Positions 60,442 through 64,000 of a DNA stretch of 64,000 nt are shown here, piece after piece. The notes under the pieces are model-generated. The model was not told the DNA's origin, did no database searches, and worked only from the letters and a program-made list of their open reading frames with translations. The stretch is taken from positions 142,857 through 206,856 of IMG/VR virus record IMGVR_UViG_3300028883_000032, one strand, 5' to 3'. Within the stretch, counting starts at the first letter, position 1. Every line of letters begins with the position of its first letter. The translations under genes and the position numbers were made by a program.

Positions 60442-61134
60442 ATGGCTAACACCTCAATTACTTTTGACATAGAAACAGTTCCAAAACAAACACCATATAC
60501 AGATCATGAGCAAGTTTTCTTTGAGCGTAAGTTTGGCCAAGAACTCAACTATCAAAAAATTGATACAAAAACAGCCAGCCAAGAACAACTTGATGATATT
60601 GCTAGAATGGTAAAAGCTACGAACCCGTATCTTGGTGAAATAGTTTGTATTGGCATGTATGATAGTGGGTCAGATAAACAATATGCTTTATCAGGTAGCG
60701 AAAAAGAAATATTAGAAGAATTTTGGAGAATACTTGAACCACATAATTGGTTCATATCATTCAATGGGTTAAATTTTGATATCCCATGGATACTGATAAG
60801 GTCTGCAAAATATGATCTAAATCCACCTAGACCCGGTAATGAAAGCCATCCGTTTCTAAATAGAAAACGCTTTCAGCTCAAACCACACTTTGATTTATAT
60901 CAGTGGATGTGCGATTGGTCAGCAAGGATGGCCGTTACTCTAGAAGTTGCCGCCGAACATTTAGGGTTCGACTCACCTAAAAGCGGTACTGTTGAAGCGG
61001 CTTCCGTAGAAAAAGCCTTTAAAGATGGTCGTATAGAAGAAATAAAGAAGTATTGCTTAAGGGATATAATGACCACTTTTAAAGCTTCACAGAAATATGT
61101 GAAATTTGTATACCAACCATATTATATTACGTGA
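60442..61134 (+). CDS. DnaQ/PolB-like 3'-5' exonuclease
   Basis: FDIET, FNGLNFDIP, YCLRD. Confidence 0.88.
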   Translation: MANTSITFDIETVPKQTPYTDHEQVFFERKFGQELNYQKIDTKTASQEQLDDIARMVKATNPYLGEIVCIGMYDSGSDKQYALSGSEKEILEEFWRILEPHNWFISFNGLNFDIPWILIRSAKYDLNPPRPGNESHPFLNRKRFQLKPHFDLYQWMCDWSARMAVTLEVAAEHLGFDSPKSGTVEAASVEKAFKDGRIEEIKKYCLRDIMTTFKASQKYVKFVYQPYYIT

Positions 61135-62090
61135 GTTTATTTCAAAAAGCAGAAGAAGCAAGTGTAAGACTTAAGACCTGTATCTATGGAAAAAGTGGTA
61201 TTGGTAAAACATTTGCAGCTTTACAATTTCCTAACCCTGTAGTGATAGATTTTGAAAAAGGAACTGTTGCCTACGGCGGTCAATTTGAATTTAGTGTGTT
61301 AAAAACCCAAGATCCAAAAGTTGCCGAAGACGCCGTTAAGGAATTATTGGAAGACCCTCAGGGTTATAAAACAATTGTAGTAGATCCAATAAGTATATAT
61401 TGTGATTTGGTAACCGAAGCGCAGTTGAGAAAGCTTCGAAAAATGCACGGACAAGCTTATGAACTACGTCCTCCAGATTACAGGCCAATAAAAAATAGAA
61501 TTCGTAATTTTGTACGCAACTTGTTGGCTCTTGATATGAATGTGGTGGTTACTGCAAGAACAGCAGAAAAATATGCCGAGGGCGAATTCATGAAAGTCAT
61601 AGGTGCTCGCCCCGACATGCATAAAGAAATACCATACATGTTCGATACCGTTATTTACCTTTCTCGTAAAGGCGGTAAAAGGTGGGCAATAACCGATGAA
61701 GACGCAAGCCCAGATTTTGACATAATAGCCAAGGATAGAACAAGGCTACCTGCTGAATTTGAGTTTAGTTATAGTGAATTGGTAAAACACTGGGGAGAAG
61801 CCGGACTAATAAGGGATGCTGAACCAGTGACTACCGAACAAGCGCCGCTTGATGAGACTGTTTTAGAGAGGGACGTTGAAATAGAATTAGCAAATGGTTC
61901 AACTCTGCTAACTGCCGGAGTAACCGGAGAACAAGTTGATGCAATTCAAGAGGCAGCTAAAGATAGTAAAATAAAAGCTGATATAAAAGCTTACATAATG
62001 GAAAACTACGGTATTGACTCCGTTCTAGATTTGCGCGAAGATGAAGCGGAAGAAATGCTAACAGCATTAGGATTAGTACAAACCAATTAA
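61131..62090 (+). CDS. Sak4/AAA_24 ssDNA-annealing ATPase
   Basis: YGKSGIGKT, IDFEKG, TIVVDP; adjacent to SSB. Confidence 0.8.
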   Translation: MSLFQKAEEASVRLKTCIYGKSGIGKTFAALQFPNPVVIDFEKGTVAYGGQFEFSVLKTQDPKVAEDAVKELLEDPQGYKTIVVDPISIYCDLVTEAQLRKLRKMHGQAYELRPPDYRPIKNRIRNFVRNLLALDMNVVVTARTAEKYAEGEFMKVIGARPDMHKEIPYMFDTVIYLSRKGGKRWAITDEDASPDFDIIAKDRTRLPAEFEFSYSELVKHWGEAGLIRDAEPVTTEQAPLDETVLERDVEIELANGSTLLTAGVTGEQVDAIQEAAKDSKIKADIKAYIMENYGIDSVLDLREDEAEEMLTALGLVQTN

Positions 62091-62094
62091 ATTA

Positions 62095-62529
62095 GTGGCA
62101 CGTAATCTTAATTTTAAAAAGGCTTCAGAAGAAAAACCGGAATTCAAACCTCTGCCTTCTGATGCATACAATGTAGTTGTGGATGAAGCAAAAGCGGATA
62201 AGTCCAAAAAGAAAGAGGACATGGTTACCATAACTTGGAAAGTTGTTGATGGTGACTACAAAGGCCGCCTCCTATGGGATAGGATTCTATGGAATGATAG
62301 CCTCATTTGGAAATTACAAAATGTTTTAATAGCTGGTGGGTTGGAAGAACTAGCAGAAGACGAAGATTTGTCAATGGCAGGATATATTAAGGCATTAAAT
62401 GATGGCTTGAAAGTAACGGTTTACGTAGAGCAATCTACTTACGACGGAAATCCAAGCAACAACATTAAAACGTATAGACCTTTTGAAGGTGAAAACGAAG
62501 AGTCTTCTAACGGTGGAGAACTCTTTTAA
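62095..62529 (+). CDS. DUF669-like ssDNA-binding protein
   Basis: FKPLPSDAY...GDYKGRLLWD; acidic tail ending in F. Confidence 0.75.
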   Translation: MARNLNFKKASEEKPEFKPLPSDAYNVVVDEAKADKSKKKEDMVTITWKVVDGDYKGRLLWDRILWNDSLIWKLQNVLIAGGLEELAEDEDLSMAGYIKALNDGLKVTVYVEQSTYDGNPSNNIKTYRPFEGENEESSNGGELF

Positions 62530-62558
62530 TCAGAGCCCTCAGTAGAGGGCTTATTTTT

Positions 62559-62631
62559 GTAGGTATAACACAGCTGGCTAGTGTGTCGGGCTTCCAACCC
62601 GGTTACGCGGGTTCGAATCCCGCTACCTACT
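62559..62631 (+). tRNA. tRNA-Gly(TCC), CCA not encoded
   Basis: Acceptor GTAGGTA/TACCTAC-T, anticodon loop CTTCCAA, T arm GCGGG-TTCGAAT-CCCGC. Confidence 0.88.
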
Positions 62632-62652
62632 CTTAACTACATTGGAGATGAA

Positions 62653-63033
62653 ATGGCGCACAGACGTAGTAACTGGAGGTCCTCACAAGGAGGATCGAAG
62701 AAAGTTTCCCGTCAGACACGAGATGGCTCTGGTAGAGGCACATTAAGAGATCATGCTCTTCCAAAAGGTGTTGATTATGTAATGAAAGGGTCCGCAACTC
62801 GCCGTAACAGGCGAAAAGATGCGGAAGCAAGACAAGTAGAATATGAAAAACTAACCACTCAACAAAAACTCGAAAAGCTAGATGCCGGCGGTTTTACGGC
62901 TACTAAGCAACGAGCAAGATTGGGACGTGAGCTTGATAAACCTATTACAATTGGCCAAGAGCCGGAACCTGTTTTAAAGACAGCGCCAAAGAAATCTCGG
63001 TGGAAAAAACATCGTAAGAAAATGAACCCATGA
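62653..63033 (+). CDS. highly basic hypothetical protein
   Basis: GGAG SD; Arg/Lys-rich; terminator TGCCCGAGTT/AACTCGGGCA follows. Confidence 0.6.
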   Translation: MAHRRSNWRSSQGGSKKVSRQTRDGSGRGTLRDHALPKGVDYVMKGSATRRNRRKDAEARQVEYEKLTTQQKLEKLDAGGFTATKQRARLGRELDKPITIGQEPEPVLKTAPKKSRWKKHRKKMNP

Positions 63034-63495
63034 CGACCTCCATGGCATAGTTTTGCCCGAGTTCTATGATAAAAAAACTCGGGCACTTTTCTGTTTCGAA
63101 AAGAGTAATTTTATTAAAATTACCGCCAATAAGTGCAATAGATAAAGGAGAAGGAAGTGGGTTGGATAATAGCCATAATCATACTTGGGATACTAATATT
63201 ACTAACAATTCCTCCAACCAAAATGCTTATTTTAGCGATTGTTGAAGACTTGTTATACCGCATTGGTAATCTTTTGGATTAATGGGCCTAACCCATTTTT
63301 TTAACCACTGGTATTGACTATGGTAATACAATTGTGTATATTTATATTAGGAGGTGATATTTTGACGTCTAGTCGGGCGGAGTGCACTACCTCCTAAATC
63401 CGATCGGTTATATCACAACCTTACCGAACCCCAGTCAGCCTGACGCTGGGGTTCGTACTTTTATGGAATAAGATCAAGACTAACCATTTAATCCA

Positions 63496-63819
63496 ATGAC
63501 TACTAAATTTAAAGAAGGTGATAAGATATTACAAGTATCTGGTTATCCAAATGCGATATGTTACTCACCATATACCACGAAACCGGCGGTAGCAACTGTA
63601 GAAAAAATTACGCCGAAAATGTATCGATTAAACGTCGATGAAGGTATTGACACAGCAGAAATACAAGATGTTAGAATAGAAGAAGTTGAGCGAGACTTTT
63701 GTTTTTACACTATTGATAGGTTTGAGGAATTGAGCAAACTATATAACTCACTTCGTAGTCAATGGAGCACACTTTACCTTTTACAGCTCAACTACCACAT
63801 GGAAGACAAGGTAATGTAA
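63496..63819 (+). CDS. hypothetical protein
   Basis: Preceded by promoter motif (63464) and TAACCA. Confidence 0.6.
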   Translation: MTTKFKEGDKILQVSGYPNAICYSPYTTKPAVATVEKITPKMYRLNVDEGIDTAEIQDVRIEEVERDFCFYTIDRFEELSKLYNSLRSQWSTLYLLQLNYHMEDKVM

Positions 63820-64000
63820 ACAGGTCTTTCGTTTAGTACCACCCGACACGCCATGTCGGGAACATGGGGTGGTTCCCCCCCCCATCACCTCAGAGCACTC
63901 TACTTTACATGAATTTTTCAAAGGAGAGCGTCATGTCTAGAATTAAAGAGGCCATTAGCGGAATTATTGAAGACATCGAACCAGATTTTGTTTTAATTGA

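Noticed and set aside
62581-62652. N-terminal extension of ORF 62581-63033
   Set aside because: Overlaps tRNA-Gly; ATG 62653 has an SD
1-64000. Stop-codon reassignment, seen in some large phages
   Set aside because: Standard code gives dense full-length genes, and TAG and TGA both end recognisable proteins at expected positions

Overview
This window is a 64-kb fragment of a large (jumbo-like) myovirus genome. The + strand arms (1-10.8 kb, 17-23 kb, 48.7-64 kb) carry nucleotide/RNA-repair and replication genes: MazG, HAD, NADAR, NUDIX, two RNA ligases, AAA ATPase, Csp, NYN, RNase H, SF2 helicase, AEP primase-helicase, Sak4/SSB. They also carry a tmRNA and tRNA-Gly. The - strand carries a single-chain beta-beta' RNA polymerase (10.8-16.9 kb) and a virion/lysis block (23.2-48.6 kb: portal, amidase, holin, tail/baseplate, sigma factor, tape measure, frameshifted tail chaperones). 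Three observations stand out. (1) A retron-type RT (18521-19450) lies behind an ~800-nt structured ncRNA whose predicted msd contains a natural 'polylinker' of 18 six-base palindromic restriction sites in 230 nt, suggesting an RT-DNA decoy against restriction-modification. (2) A 2.36-kb group IA intron (3376-5733) splits an RNA ligase gene missed by the ORF track and carries about 7 passenger genes with no recognisable homing endonuclease. (3) A single mitochondrial-carrier (Solcar)-like repeat protein sits in the virion block. Also noted: a recurrent phage promoter motif (TGGHATAAGA), a 6S-like RNA rod, an aberrant tRNA-like element and an iteron-like putative origin. All calls were made by eye; no database searches or folding programs were run.
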